Below, piece by piece: positions 1 to 8,901 of a stretch of 64,000 nucleotides of DNA. This stretch comes from Acidobacterium sp. (GTDB taxonomy: Bacteria > Acidobacteriota > Terriglobia > Terriglobales > Acidobacteriaceae), in NCBI GenBank assembly GCA_027315385.1, contig DAHUYD010000034.1, positions 7,639 to 71,638 of the forward strand. The letters are read 5' to 3'. The notes under the pieces were generated by a model, which saw only the letters and a list, made by a program, of their open reading frames with translations, made no database searches and was not told the origin of the DNA. Positions within the stretch are counted from its first letter, which is position 1. Every line of letters begins with the position of its first letter. The translations under genes were made by a program, and so were the position numbers.

Positions 1-2
1 TC

Positions 3-374
3 ATGCCCGTCACGCTCTGGAGCTATTTCGCCGGAGCGGGCATCACCGTCGCAGGGCTGCTGTTCGCCGTCTGGGCGCGCGTTACGATCGGCACAAACTG
101 GAGCCGCTCGGTCACCATCAAGCGGGGACATGAGCTGATTACCCGCGGCCCGTATGCGCTGGTGCGGCATCCCATCTACACTGGCCTCCTTACAGCTTTC
201 GCAGGGACCGGCTTTGCCACAATCCAGTACCGCGGAGCTGTCGCTTTCGCGCTGATCTTCGTCTCCCTGTGGTACAAGCTGCGGATCGAAGAGCAGTGGA
301 TGCATGAAAAATTTGGCCCGGCATACAGCGAATACGCGCGCCATACCCCGGCCCTGGTGCCCGGCCTCTTCTGA
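3..374 (+). CDS. isoprenylcysteine carboxyl methyltransferase / phospholipid methyltransferase family membrane protein, probably truncated at its 5-prime end by the window edge
   Basis: Hydrophobic helices plus 'RGPYALVRHPIYTG' motif typical of the ICMT/PEMT family. At 123 aa it is short for the family, so the ATG at 3 may be internal. Confidence 0.6.
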   Translation: MPVTLWSYFAGAGITVAGLLFAVWARVTIGTNWSRSVTIKRGHELITRGPYALVRHPIYTGLLTAFAGTGFATIQYRGAVAFALIFVSLWYKLRIEEQWMHEKFGPAYSEYARHTPALVPGLF

Positions 375-525
375 CCTGGGTTCCGATCCCGTTACCGCGG
401 ATTGTGACGGCGAGCACATACAGGTGTACATCCCGTTCCCTCATCATGACTCAATGAATGCTCGCGGCTCGATTCGATCTCGCCGCTGTGCGCCCGCGGC
501 ATTCCCGTAAAGGGGAACGGCTTTC

Positions 526-999
526 ATGAGCATCTTCCGGGATGCGGGACATCTTTTCCGCCTGGCGGGCGTCTACCTTGCCGGCACCCTGACGTTTCTG
601 GTGATTCGGGCGGCGGTGGTTCCGCACAGTTTTGGGCAGTATGGACACTACCGCGGCGCGGCCATTGCGGAAATCGCCGCCAAACCGCTGCACTATGCCG
701 GCCATCAGACCTGCGAAATCTGCCACAGCGACATCGCCCGGACCAAGGCCGCCGGGATGCACGCGCATGTGAACTGCGAAGCCTGCCATGGCCCGCTGGC
801 GAAACACGCCGCCGACCCGTCGATCGATCCCGGTAAGCCGGACGTGGCCACGCTCTGCGTGCGCTGCCATGCCGCCAGCGCCGCCCGGCCAAAGAGTTTC
901 CCCCAGGTCGACGCGGAACAGCATGCCGGCGGGGTTCCCTGCAACACCTGCCATCAGCCCCACAATCCTGCAATCGCTGCCGCGGGAGGCTCGAAATGA
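526..999 (+). CDS. membrane-anchored tetrahaem c-type cytochrome (cytochrome c3 / NrfH-like)
   Basis: 157 aa. N-terminal hydrophobic helix (LAGVYLAGTLTFLVIRAAVV) followed by four CxxCH motifs (CEICH, CEACH, CVRCH, CNTCH). Stop overlaps the next start (ATGA at 996-999). Confidence 0.8.
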   Translation: MSIFRDAGHLFRLAGVYLAGTLTFLVIRAAVVPHSFGQYGHYRGAAIAEIAAKPLHYAGHQTCEICHSDIARTKAAGMHAHVNCEACHGPLAKHAADPSIDPGKPDVATLCVRCHAASAARPKSFPQVDAEQHAGGVPCNTCHQPHNPAIAAAGGSK

Positions 1000-1730
1000 A
1001 CATCACCCGCCGCCATCTGATGCTCCTGCTGCCGGCCGCAGCGGTGGCATGGGAGTCCGTCCTCGCCGGAACACCCGAAGCCTCGCCTAATTACACGATG
1101 ACCGGGCACTGGTGGGGCATGCTCATAGACATCCCGAAGTGCATCGGCTGCGGCAACTGCGTGCGTGCCTGCCAGGCAGAGAACGACGTGCCCGACGGCT
1201 TCTTCCGCACCTGGGTGGAGCGGTACCACGTGGACGACTGGAACCTTGCCAATCCGCAGGTGATCTCGCCCGACGGCGGCAAGGAAGGCTTCCCGTCCGT
1301 GGCCGAAGACCCGGACGGCAAGTACTTCTTCGTGCCGAAGCTGTGCAACCAGTGCGCTGACTCGCCCTGCACGCAGGTGTGCCCGGTGGGCGCGACATTC
1401 ATCAGTCCGGACGGCGTGGTGCTGGTGGACCAGAAATACTGCATGGGCTGCGCTTATTGCGTGCAAGCCTGCCCGTACGGCTGCCGCTATATCCATCCCC
1501 AAAAGCGCGTCGCGGATAAGTGCACGCTCTGCTATCACCGCATCACCAAAGGGCTGACGACGGCCTGCTGCGAAGTCTGCCCAACCGGCGCGCGCCAACT
1601 CGCCGACCTCAAAAACCCGAATGACCCGATCCACGCGTTCTTGAAGACCCACAGCGTGCAGGTGCTCAAGCCGCAGATGGCCACCGGCGCCAAGGTTTTC
1701 TACAACCAGCTGGACGGCTCGGTGCGGTAG
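996..1730 (+). CDS. Tat-exported 4x[4Fe-4S] ferredoxin subunit, NrfC/PsrB/DmsB-like
   Basis: Twin-arginine N-terminus (NITRRHLMLLLPAAAVA). Cys clusters CIGCGNCVRAC, CNQCADSPC, CMGCAYCVQAC and CTLC...CCEVC. Confidence 0.85.
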   Translation: MNITRRHLMLLLPAAAVAWESVLAGTPEASPNYTMTGHWWGMLIDIPKCIGCGNCVRACQAENDVPDGFFRTWVERYHVDDWNLANPQVISPDGGKEGFPSVAEDPDGKYFFVPKLCNQCADSPCTQVCPVGATFISPDGVVLVDQKYCMGCAYCVQACPYGCRYIHPQKRVADKCTLCYHRITKGLTTACCEVCPTGARQLADLKNPNDPIHAFLKTHSVQVLKPQMATGAKVFYNQLDGSVR

Positions 1731-1753
1731 CGGCAGAGAGGAGAGAGGGACCT

Positions 1754-2941
1754 ATGCCTGGCGTGGAAGGTTACATGTATCCGAACGAGGTCTCGCTCTA
1801 CTGGAGCGTGCTCATCGTTCTCTACCCATACATCACCGGACTGGTGGCGGGCGCGTTCATTCTGGCTTCGCTGGAGCGCGTATTCCGGGTCGAGGCCGTG
1901 AAGCCCACATACCGGCTCGCGCTGCTGACCGCGCTCGCGTTCCTGATCGTCGCGCCGCTGCCCCTGCAGCTGCATCTGGGCCATCCGGAGCGCTCGCTCG
2001 AGATGTATATGACGCCGCATCGCACTTCGGCGATGGCAATGTTCGGCTTCGTCTATCTCTGGTATCTGATGGCCGTCCTCACTGTCGAAATCTGGCTGGA
2101 TTACCGGGCCGACATCGTCGCGCTCTCGCAAACCACCCGCGGCTGGCGCAGGCTGTTCTACAAAGTCCTCACTCTCGGCTCCAGCAACGTCAGCGAGCGG
2201 GCTCTGCACATCGACGAGCGGGTGGGCTGGTTCGTCACGCTCATCGGAATTCCGTCGGCATTCCTGCTGCACGGCTATGTGGGATTCATCTTCGGCTCCA
2301 TTAAGGCCAATCCCTGGTGGTCGTCGCCGCTGATGCCGGTCGTCTTTATCTTTTCGGCCATGGTTTCCGGCATTGCCGCTGTCATGCTGATCTACATGGC
2401 GACTTCGCGCCTGCGCAGCCAGCCGATCGACATGAAGTGCGTGGACACGATCGCACAGTACATGCTCTACACCTTCATCATCGACTTCAGCCTGGAAATG
2501 CTTGACCTGATCCACCGCATCTACGAGGCCGACGAGTCCTTCCGCAGCCTGGACTTCATGGTGCACACCAAGCTCTGGTTCTCGCAGGTCATCCTGCAGA
2601 TTTGCCTGGGGACGCTGGTGCCGATCGTGCTGCTGGGGCTGGTGCAGGCGGCGAAGCTTACTGCGGCGTCCCGCAAACGCATCTACGCGGTTTCCGGATC
2701 GCTGGCCCTCATCGGCATTTTTGCCATGCGCTGGAATGTGGTGATTGGTGGGCAGCTCTTTTCGAAGAGCTTTCTTGGGTACACGACTTACAAGATGGCG
2801 TTGGCCACGCGCGAGGGCCTGCTGGTCTCCGTCGGGCTGACCATCCTGCCGCTGTTCATCCTGGCGGCGCTCGTGAAACTGCTACCTCCCTGGACTAAAG
2901 AGCAGCCGGACGCGGAGGCCCTGGCCGTCACAGGCGATTAG
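1754..2941 (+). CDS. NrfD/PsrC-family polytopic quinone-interacting membrane subunit
   Basis: 395-aa multi-helix protein starting 24 nt after the FeS gene. GAGAGGAGAGAGGGA purine tract precedes the ATG. Helix pattern and N-terminus (LYWSVLIVLYPYITGLVAGAF) resemble NrfD/PsrC. Confidence 0.75.
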   Translation: MPGVEGYMYPNEVSLYWSVLIVLYPYITGLVAGAFILASLERVFRVEAVKPTYRLALLTALAFLIVAPLPLQLHLGHPERSLEMYMTPHRTSAMAMFGFVYLWYLMAVLTVEIWLDYRADIVALSQTTRGWRRLFYKVLTLGSSNVSERALHIDERVGWFVTLIGIPSAFLLHGYVGFIFGSIKANPWWSSPLMPVVFIFSAMVSGIAAVMLIYMATSRLRSQPIDMKCVDTIAQYMLYTFIIDFSLEMLDLIHRIYEADESFRSLDFMVHTKLWFSQVILQICLGTLVPIVLLGLVQAAKLTAASRKRIYAVSGSLALIGIFAMRWNVVIGGQLFSKSFLGYTTYKMALATREGLLVSVGLTILPLFILAALVKLLPPWTKEQPDAEALAVTGD

Positions 2942-2980
2942 GGCGCCGGGCAGGCCGGTCTACCTGCAGCGGAGAGGACG

Positions 2981-4675
2981 ATGAACGATCTTTCCGAAAC
3001 GATCGAGCGGCTGATGGATGGGATGGAAGCCCTGGAGCGCCGTGTCTCGGCGCTCGAGCTGAGCCGGCATGCACCGCCGCAGCCGACAGCGGCGACGCCG
3101 CAAATTGCAGCCACAAAGGCCGCGGCATCCGCTCTGCACGCCGAAGCAGGCGTTTTCTCGATCCTCGGCAAGGCGATGCTGGCCGTTGCCGGAGCGTATC
3201 TTCTCCGCGCGGTGGCGGAATCGAGCGCTCTCCCCCGCGTTCCCGTCGTTGTGCTCGCAATCCTCTATGCCTTCTTTTGGCTGATTCCCGCCACCAGGGC
3301 CAGGACCTGGCTGCCCAGCGTGGCATGGGCCGGCACCTCGGCGATCATTCTGCTTCCCATGCTGTGGGAGCTCACGCTTCGCTTCGCCTTCCTGCCGGCT
3401 CGCGCCACCGCCGGCGTACTCGCTGCTTTCGTGATCGCCGCTTCGGCGCTGGCCTGGAAGCGCCATTTCGCCGAGATCGCCTGGGTCGCCGAAGGCGCCG
3501 CCAGTCTGGCCGCTGTGGCTCTGGCGCTCGCGGTCCACGATCTCACCGCGTTTCTGGCGGCGCTGCTCGTCATGGCTGCCGTGGGCGAGATTGCCGCAGC
3601 GCGCCATCGCACCCTAAGGGTGCGGCCGCTGGTCGCCGCGGCGGCCGACTTTCTCATCTTCGCGCTCATCTGGATCTATTCCAGTCCCGCCGCCTCGCGG
3701 GCGGAATACCCGGCGATTGGCGCGGGCCCGCTGGTCGCGTTAGCGCCGTTGCTGCTGTTGATCTATGCCGGGAGCGCCAGCACCCAGACCCTGCTGCTCG
3801 GCCGCCGCATCTCGTTCTTCGAGACGGCCCAGACGCTGGCCGCATTTCTGCTGTCCGTATGGGGATTGCTGGCCTTCTGGTCCGGCCCCGGCGCTCGCGT
3901 TCTCGGTCTCCTCTGCATCGTGGCGGCGGCTGCGGGATACGCCGTCGCCTTTGCTGGATTCGCGCACTCATCGACGCAGCGCAACTTTCATGTCTACGCC
4001 ACGGGCAGCGCGGCCCTGCTGCTGGCGGGCTGCTGGCTGTATCTGCCGCCGCTGTGGCTGCCCCTGGCGCTCACCCTGCTGGCCATCGCAGCCACGGTCG
4101 CCGGAGTGGCGGCCGGGCGCCGGACGCTGGAGTTCCATGCCTTTACCTTCCTGCTCGCTGCCGCGTTTTTCTCCGGCCTGCTACTGTGGGCGCTGCACGC
4201 TCTGGCAGGCCGGTTCCCGGCATCGCCCGCGTGGATCGTTTACCTTGTCGCAGCCGCGGCGATGTTCGGCTATGCGGCCATTTCCCGCGTTGCCGGCGAC
4301 GGGTGGCCTCTGCGCCTGCTTCGCCTGCTGCATGCCGGTCTCGCGCTGAGCGCCGCGGCCGCTTTGCTCGTGTGGGGACTGGTAACTGTGACGGTGGGAG
4401 CAGTTCCGGCACCGGAGCACTTAGCCGTGCTGCGTACCCTCGCGGGCTGCGCACTCACCGTTTTGCTGGCGTGGACGGGTTCCCGCCAGCAGCGACGCGA
4501 GCTTCTGTGGCTCGCGTGGACTTCGCTGGCCTGCATGGCCGGCAAACTGCTCTTCGAGGATCTGCGCCACGGGCATCTGGGATTCACTGCGGCATCCATC
4601 TTTATCTACGCGGTTACGCTGCTGGTGGTGCCTCGGCTGGTGGGACTGAAACCCAGGCCCACAAAACACGCATGA
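2981..4675 (+). CDS. large Ala/Leu-rich polytopic membrane protein with N-terminal coiled-coil (DUF2339-like)
   Basis: 564 aa. N-terminus 'MNDLSETIERLMDGMEALERRVSALELS', then a Pro/Ala linker and more than 12 hydrophobic segments. Starts 40 nt after the NrfD-like stop on the same strand. The DUF2339 assignment is from memory of that family's architecture only. Confidence 0.45.
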   Translation: MNDLSETIERLMDGMEALERRVSALELSRHAPPQPTAATPQIAATKAAASALHAEAGVFSILGKAMLAVAGAYLLRAVAESSALPRVPVVVLAILYAFFWLIPATRARTWLPSVAWAGTSAIILLPMLWELTLRFAFLPARATAGVLAAFVIAASALAWKRHFAEIAWVAEGAASLAAVALALAVHDLTAFLAALLVMAAVGEIAAARHRTLRVRPLVAAAADFLIFALIWIYSSPAASRAEYPAIGAGPLVALAPLLLLIYAGSASTQTLLLGRRISFFETAQTLAAFLLSVWGLLAFWSGPGARVLGLLCIVAAAAGYAVAFAGFAHSSTQRNFHVYATGSAALLLAGCWLYLPPLWLPLALTLLAIAATVAGVAAGRRTLEFHAFTFLLAAAFFSGLLLWALHALAGRFPASPAWIVYLVAAAAMFGYAAISRVAGDGWPLRLLRLLHAGLALSAAAALLVWGLVTVTVGAVPAPEHLAVLRTLAGCALTVLLAWTGSRQQRRELLWLAWTSLACMAGKLLFEDLRHGHLGFTAASIFIYAVTLLVVPRLVGLKPRPTKHA

Positions 4676-4737
4676 GCCGCGGCGCACCAGGGAGCGGACC
4701 GCGCGCCCCTGGCGGGGGTACATTGGTTCATACCTCA

Positions 4738-5187
4738 ATGCCCACCGCACAACTTACTCCGCTCGCGCATGGCGCGCTGAACCGCTGCTTCGGCTGCGGA
4801 CTGGAGAACCCCTCCGGCCTACGGCTGAAATTTTTCACCGCCGGGGACGGCAGCATAGTCTGCCACCCGCGCCTCGCCCGCCGCTTCGCCGGACCCCCCG
4901 GCCACGCTCACGGCGGCATTATCGCCACGCTGCTGGATGAGGCCATGAGCAAGGCCAACCGCGCGCGCGGCGTCGTTGCCATGACGCGCCACATGTCCGT
5001 CGAGTACCTCCGGCCGGTTCCCCTGGGAGTGCGGCTCACGCTGACCGCCCGGCATCTGAACGCCCACGGACGCCGCCACAACTGCGAGGCGCAACTCGCC
5101 GGTGCCGCCGGACAAGTGCTGGCAACCGGGGCTGCCGTATTTGTCGCTGTCGATCCGGATCGCTTCCGCCGTCCAGCGGAAGACTGA
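4738..5187 (+). CDS. PaaI-family (hotdog fold) acyl-CoA thioesterase
   Basis: Only the last 149 codons of track ORF 3277..5187 look real. ATG at 4738. 'CFGCGLENPSGLRLKF' and 'GHAHGGIIATLLDEAM' are typical of PaaI/4HBT thioesterases. Confidence 0.7.
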   Translation: MPTAQLTPLAHGALNRCFGCGLENPSGLRLKFFTAGDGSIVCHPRLARRFAGPPGHAHGGIIATLLDEAMSKANRARGVVAMTRHMSVEYLRPVPLGVRLTLTARHLNAHGRRHNCEAQLAGAAGQVLATGAAVFVAVDPDRFRRPAED

Positions 5188-5294
5188 CGGGGCGGCCGCA
5201 GGCAAGCTAAAATACAGCTTCAGGATCATTTCCCGCCCGTACCGGCGCGGTCTTGAGCCCGGTCCTTTTTCGGCGGATTCCGAGGAGACTCACT

Positions 5295-6260
5295 ATGGCA
5301 GACAGCCACAACGCCAACGGCATTTTCCCTCCCGCATCCGGCGCCTCGCTGCGCCTCAAGGTCGGCCTGGCCGAGATGCTGAAGGGCGGCGTCATCATGG
5401 ACGTGATGAACGTCGAGCAGGCGCGCATCGCCGAAGAGGCGGGTGCAGTCTCAGTGATGGCTCTGGAGCGCGTGCCGGCGATGATCCGCGCCGAGGGCGG
5501 CGTGGCCCGCATGGCTAATCCGAAGCTCATCCGCGAGATCATCGACACCGTCTCCATTCCCGTGATGGCGAAGGCGCGCATCGGCCACTTCGCCGAGGCG
5601 CAAATCCTCCAGGAGCTCGGCGTCGACTTCATCGACGAGAGCGAAGTGCTCACCCCGGCCGACGAAGCGCACCACATCGACAAGCACGCCTTCAAAACGC
5701 CTTTTGTCTGCGGCGCGCGCAATCTGGGCGAGGCGCTGAGACGCATCGCTGAAGGCGCGGCCATGATCCGCACCAAGGGCGAAGCGGGTACCGGCGATGT
5801 GGTTCACGCCGTGCAGCACATGCGGCAGATCGTGCGCGAGATGAAGGCGCTCACCGTCCTCTCCGAGCAGGAGCTTTACGCGGCCGCGAAAGAACACCAG
5901 GCGCCGTATGAACTGGTGCGCATGGTGGCGCAGGCCGGCAAGCTGCCGGTGCCGAACTTCTCCGCGGGCGGCATCGCCACGCCCGCCGACGCTGCCCTGA
6001 TGATGCAGCTGGGCGCCGAAGCGATCTTCGTCGGCTCGGGAATCTTCATGAAGGAGCGCGCCACGCCGCTCGACGTCGAGAAGAACCCCAGGGAGCGCGA
6101 GGAAGCCATGTCGCGCGCCAAAGCCATCGTGATCGCGACCACGCACTTCAACGACCCCAAGATCCTGGCCGAAGTCTCCGAGCAGGTGACGGGCACGATG
6201 AAAGGCCTGTCCGCGGCAGCGATTGAGGAATCGCAGTTGCTTCAAACCCGGGGCTGGTAG
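5295..6260 (+). CDS. pdxS: pyridoxal 5-prime-phosphate synthase, lyase subunit PdxS
   Basis: '[39 protein letters not shown]', 'MAKARIGH' and '[10 protein letters not shown]'. ATG at 5295 preceded by GAGGAG. Ends in the canonical 'RGW'. Confidence 0.95.
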   Translation: MADSHNANGIFPPASGASLRLKVGLAEMLKGGVIMDVMNVEQARIAEEAGAVSVMALERVPAMIRAEGGVARMANPKLIREIIDTVSIPVMAKARIGHFAEAQILQELGVDFIDESEVLTPADEAHHIDKHAFKTPFVCGARNLGEALRRIAEGAAMIRTKGEAGTGDVVHAVQHMRQIVREMKALTVLSEQELYAAAKEHQAPYELVRMVAQAGKLPVPNFSAGGIATPADAALMMQLGAEAIFVGSGIFMKERATPLDVEKNPREREEAMSRAKAIVIATTHFNDPKILAEVSEQVTGTMKGLSAAAIEESQLLQTRGW

Positions 6261-6394
6261 TGCTCGCCGCATGGGCGGACGCGGCTTCGCCGCAAGCCTC
6301 CAATCATCGTTACGACCACGTGCTGACCGGCGGATGAGGTGAGGGTGGGTTCGAGGACTACTCAGGTCAGAGGGCTGAACGTATTTCCAAATAC

Positions 6395-7006
6395 ATGAAG
6401 AAGAGCGAAGCAGGGCCAAACGAGAGTCCTCGCGTAGGCGTCCTCGCCATCCAGGGCGACTACGACGCGCACGCGCAGGCGCTGCGCGAGGCGGGAGCCG
6501 AGCCGGTGCTCATCCGCAAGCCCGAACAACTGGCGGAGATCGACGGGCTCATCATTCCCGGCGGCGAATCGACGACCTTTCTGAAGTCTCTGGAGCGGGA
6601 CGGCTTTCTCGGCGCGCTCCGCGAATTCGTCCAGACGAAGCCGACATTTGGCACATGCGCGGGATGCATTCTGCTCGCCACGGAAGTCACGCATCCCCCG
6701 CAGACGAGCCTTGGCGCGCTCAATGTGGCGGTTGAGCGCAACGCCTACGGCCGGCAAATTGACTCCTCCATCCACACGGCCGCCACCGCGCTGCCCGGCA
6801 GTCCGCTGGAGATGGTTTATATCCGCGCCCCGCGCATCGTGAAAACCGGCGAGGGCGTTAAGGTTCTGGCGGAGCGCGACGGGTTCCCTGTCCTCGTCGA
6901 GCAGGGACACATTCTGGCCGCGACATTTCATCCCGAGCTTTCGCAGGACCGCAGGGTCCATCGGCGATTCGTCGATCTGGTTCGTGCGCGTTTAACCCGG
7001 CCCTGA
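6395..7006 (+). CDS. pdxT: pyridoxal 5-prime-phosphate synthase, glutaminase subunit PdxT
   Basis: 'VGVLAIQGD', 'IIPGGESTT', catalytic 'GTCAGCILLA' and 'ATFHPEL'. Lies downstream of pdxS. Confidence 0.9.
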   Translation: MKKSEAGPNESPRVGVLAIQGDYDAHAQALREAGAEPVLIRKPEQLAEIDGLIIPGGESTTFLKSLERDGFLGALREFVQTKPTFGTCAGCILLATEVTHPPQTSLGALNVAVERNAYGRQIDSSIHTAATALPGSPLEMVYIRAPRIVKTGEGVKVLAERDGFPVLVEQGHILAATFHPELSQDRRVHRRFVDLVRARLTRP

Positions 7007-7013
7007 CTCCGGC

Positions 7014-8003
7014 TCAGCTTCCTGCCCCGGCGACCAGCACCACCTTGCCGCGCGCGCGGCGGGTCTCGACGTAGCGGATCGCCTCAGCGGCCTTCGCTAT
7101 TGGCCAGGTCCGGTCCAACAACGGCATCACCGCTCCAGATGCCAGCCATCCGGCCAGAACATTCAGGTCATCGGCCCGCATTTTCGCTGACATCCACGTC
7201 ATCGTCTGCGGCACGAATATCGACAGCAGCCTCGCCGCAATGGCCTTGTCCATGGGGCTTACCCATCGGCCCGGGGGCGCGCCGACCATTACATATCTCC
7301 CGTGCCGGCCGAGCACTCGCCGGCAATCCGCCAAAGAATGATCCCCGACGCAATCCACAATCAAATCGAATCGTCTGCCGCTTTTCGTGAAATCCTCGCG
7401 CTTGTAATCGATTGCGGATTCCGCCCCCAGGTCCCGGACCAGGTCCAGATTTCTCGTGCTGCAAACCGCCGTCACCCGTGCTCCAAGCTGCTTTGCCTCC
7501 TGAATCACGAAGGTTCCTACGCCTCCGGACGCTCCGTGGACCAGGACCGCATGCCCGGGCTGCAGCTTTCCGTAATCGCGAAGAGCCTGCATGGCTGTCA
7601 GTCCCGCCACCGGAGTTGCGGCCGCCTGCTCAAACGTCACGTTCGCAGGCTTTCGCGCAGCTGCTTTCTCGGGGACGCACAAATACTCCGCATAGGCTCC
7701 GCGATCGCCGCCAAATACTTCGTCGCCGGGCTGGAATCGCGTGACTCTGGACCCTGCCGCTTCAACTTCGCCGGCAAAATCCATGCCCAGGCGCGGGTCC
7801 CTCGGCTTGCTCAACCCGATCCCCAGCCGAAATCCATAGGGCGTGCCGCGCAGAAAATGCCAGTCCAGCGGGTTCACCGCTGCGGCGCGAACACGCACCA
7901 GAATCTGCTCCGGACCCGGTACCGGCTTCTCCGTCTCCGCCCACTCCAGAAGCTCCGGCCCGCCATACTCGCGAAACAGAATGGCCTTCAATCCCGGCCT
8001 CAT
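7014..8003 (-). CDS. medium-chain dehydrogenase/reductase, NAD(P)H:quinone oxidoreductase-like
   Basis: 329 aa. 'ILVRVRAAAVNPLDW' plus the cofactor loop 'VHGASGGVGTFVIQEAKQLGARV'. Confidence 0.75.
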   Translation of the reverse strand: MRPGLKAILFREYGGPELLEWAETEKPVPGPEQILVRVRAAAVNPLDWHFLRGTPYGFRLGIGLSKPRDPRLGMDFAGEVEAAGSRVTRFQPGDEVFGGDRGAYAEYLCVPEKAAARKPANVTFEQAAATPVAGLTAMQALRDYGKLQPGHAVLVHGASGGVGTFVIQEAKQLGARVTAVCSTRNLDLVRDLGAESAIDYKREDFTKSGRRFDLIVDCVGDHSLADCRRVLGRHGRYVMVGAPPGRWVSPMDKAIAARLLSIFVPQTMTWMSAKMRADDLNVLAGWLASGAVMPLLDRTWPIAKAAEAIRYVETRRARGKVVLVAGAGS

Positions 8004-8100
8004 TTCCTCTTCCCCCGCAGCATACGCGCCGTGGAGAATCCGTCAAGATCGTGCCTTAGTTCCCCGCAGACCGCGGCATTCCACTAATCTGGTGATTCCC

Positions 8101-8901
8101 ATGAAATGGCTCCCGCCCAACGGCGCGCTGCACGGCATTCGCTTCGACCACCTGCTGCGCTGGAATCTCGACGCGATCTTCTGGCTCTTCGTGGTGTCGC
8201 AGATCCTCATCGTTCTTGCGATGTTGCTGGCAGCGCGGCGCCGCCGATCTTCGCCGGCTGCCCGCCCGCCGCAGCCTCAATCATTCCCTGCTTTTCTCCT
8301 GACCAGCGTGCTGCCCCTCCTCGCCATCACCGCGCTCTACATCGCCATGCTCGTCACCAGCCATCATCTCTGGGCCGTAAGCCGCGAACAGGCCGGCGCG
8401 CGCAACGCTGTCCGCGTGGAAGTCACAGGCGTCCAGTTCGCATGGTATTTCCGCTATCCCGGCGACGATCGCGTTTATGGCAAGCTCGTTCCGAAGCTGG
8501 TCAATGCGCCCGCCGGCAATCCGCTGGGCCTCGACCCCAACGATCCGCACAGCCGTGACGACATTGTTTCGCCGATCCTGATTCTGCCCGCCGGCCGCCC
8601 CGTCGACCTGCGCCTGCGCTCGCAGGACGTGATTCACGGCTTCTTCATACCCGGCATGCGTCTCAAGCAGGACGCGATTCCCGGCATGATCGGCCATCTG
8701 CAGTTCACTCCCGAAGTCCCCGGCGTTTATCCAATCCTTTGCACGCAGGTCTGCGGGCTGGGGCATGGCCGGATGCAGGCGGAGCTGCGCGTGGTGACCG
8801 AATCCCGGTTCAGGAGCTGGTTGGCCTCGCGCGAGCGCATGGCTCTGGCCACAGCGGCCGACGATGAGCCTTCTCCGGCCCCTGTGGAGTCCCGCCCATG
8901 A
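8101..8901 (+). CDS. ctaC: cytochrome c oxidase subunit II (CuA cupredoxin, no fused cytochrome c domain)
   Basis: ATG at 8101. Two N-terminal helices. CuA ligand set H(GFFIP)...CTQVCGLGHGRM (H, CxxxCxxxHxxM). Stop overlaps the subunit I start (ATGA at 8898-8901). Confidence 0.85.
   Translation: MKWLPPNGALHGIRFDHLLRWNLDAIFWLFVVSQILIVLAMLLAARRRRSSPAARPPQPQSFPAFLLTSVLPLLAITALYIAMLVTSHHLWAVSREQAGARNAVRVEVTGVQFAWYFRYPGDDRVYGKLVPKLVNAPAGNPLGLDPNDPHSRDDIVSPILILPAGRPVDLRLRSQDVIHGFFIPGMRLKQDAIPGMIGHLQFTPEVPGVYPILCTQVCGLGHGRMQAELRVVTESRFRSWLASRERMALATAADDEPSPAPVESRP

Noticed and set aside
3277-5187. 636-aa ORF, the longest in this region
   Set aside because: It is Arg/Gly/Pro-rich and lies in an alternative frame of the convincing membrane-protein gene 2981..4675. 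This is typical of a GC-rich shadow ORF. Only its last 149 codons (the PaaI thioesterase from ATG 4738) look real.
5295-6260. Roughly 15-aa insertion in PdxS between 'GSGIF' and 'AKAIV', compared with my memory of B. subtilis PdxS
   Set aside because: It is probably a lineage-specific surface loop. The catalytic motifs are intact, and the comparison rests on a remembered sequence only.
8101-8901. Possibility that subunit II lacks CuA, which would make this a quinol oxidase
   Set aside because: The full CuA ligand set (His, CxxxCxxxHxxM) is present, so it is most simply a cytochrome c oxidase. The loop between 'WYFRYPG' and the next strand is long, but other bacterial CoxII proteins also have long loops there.
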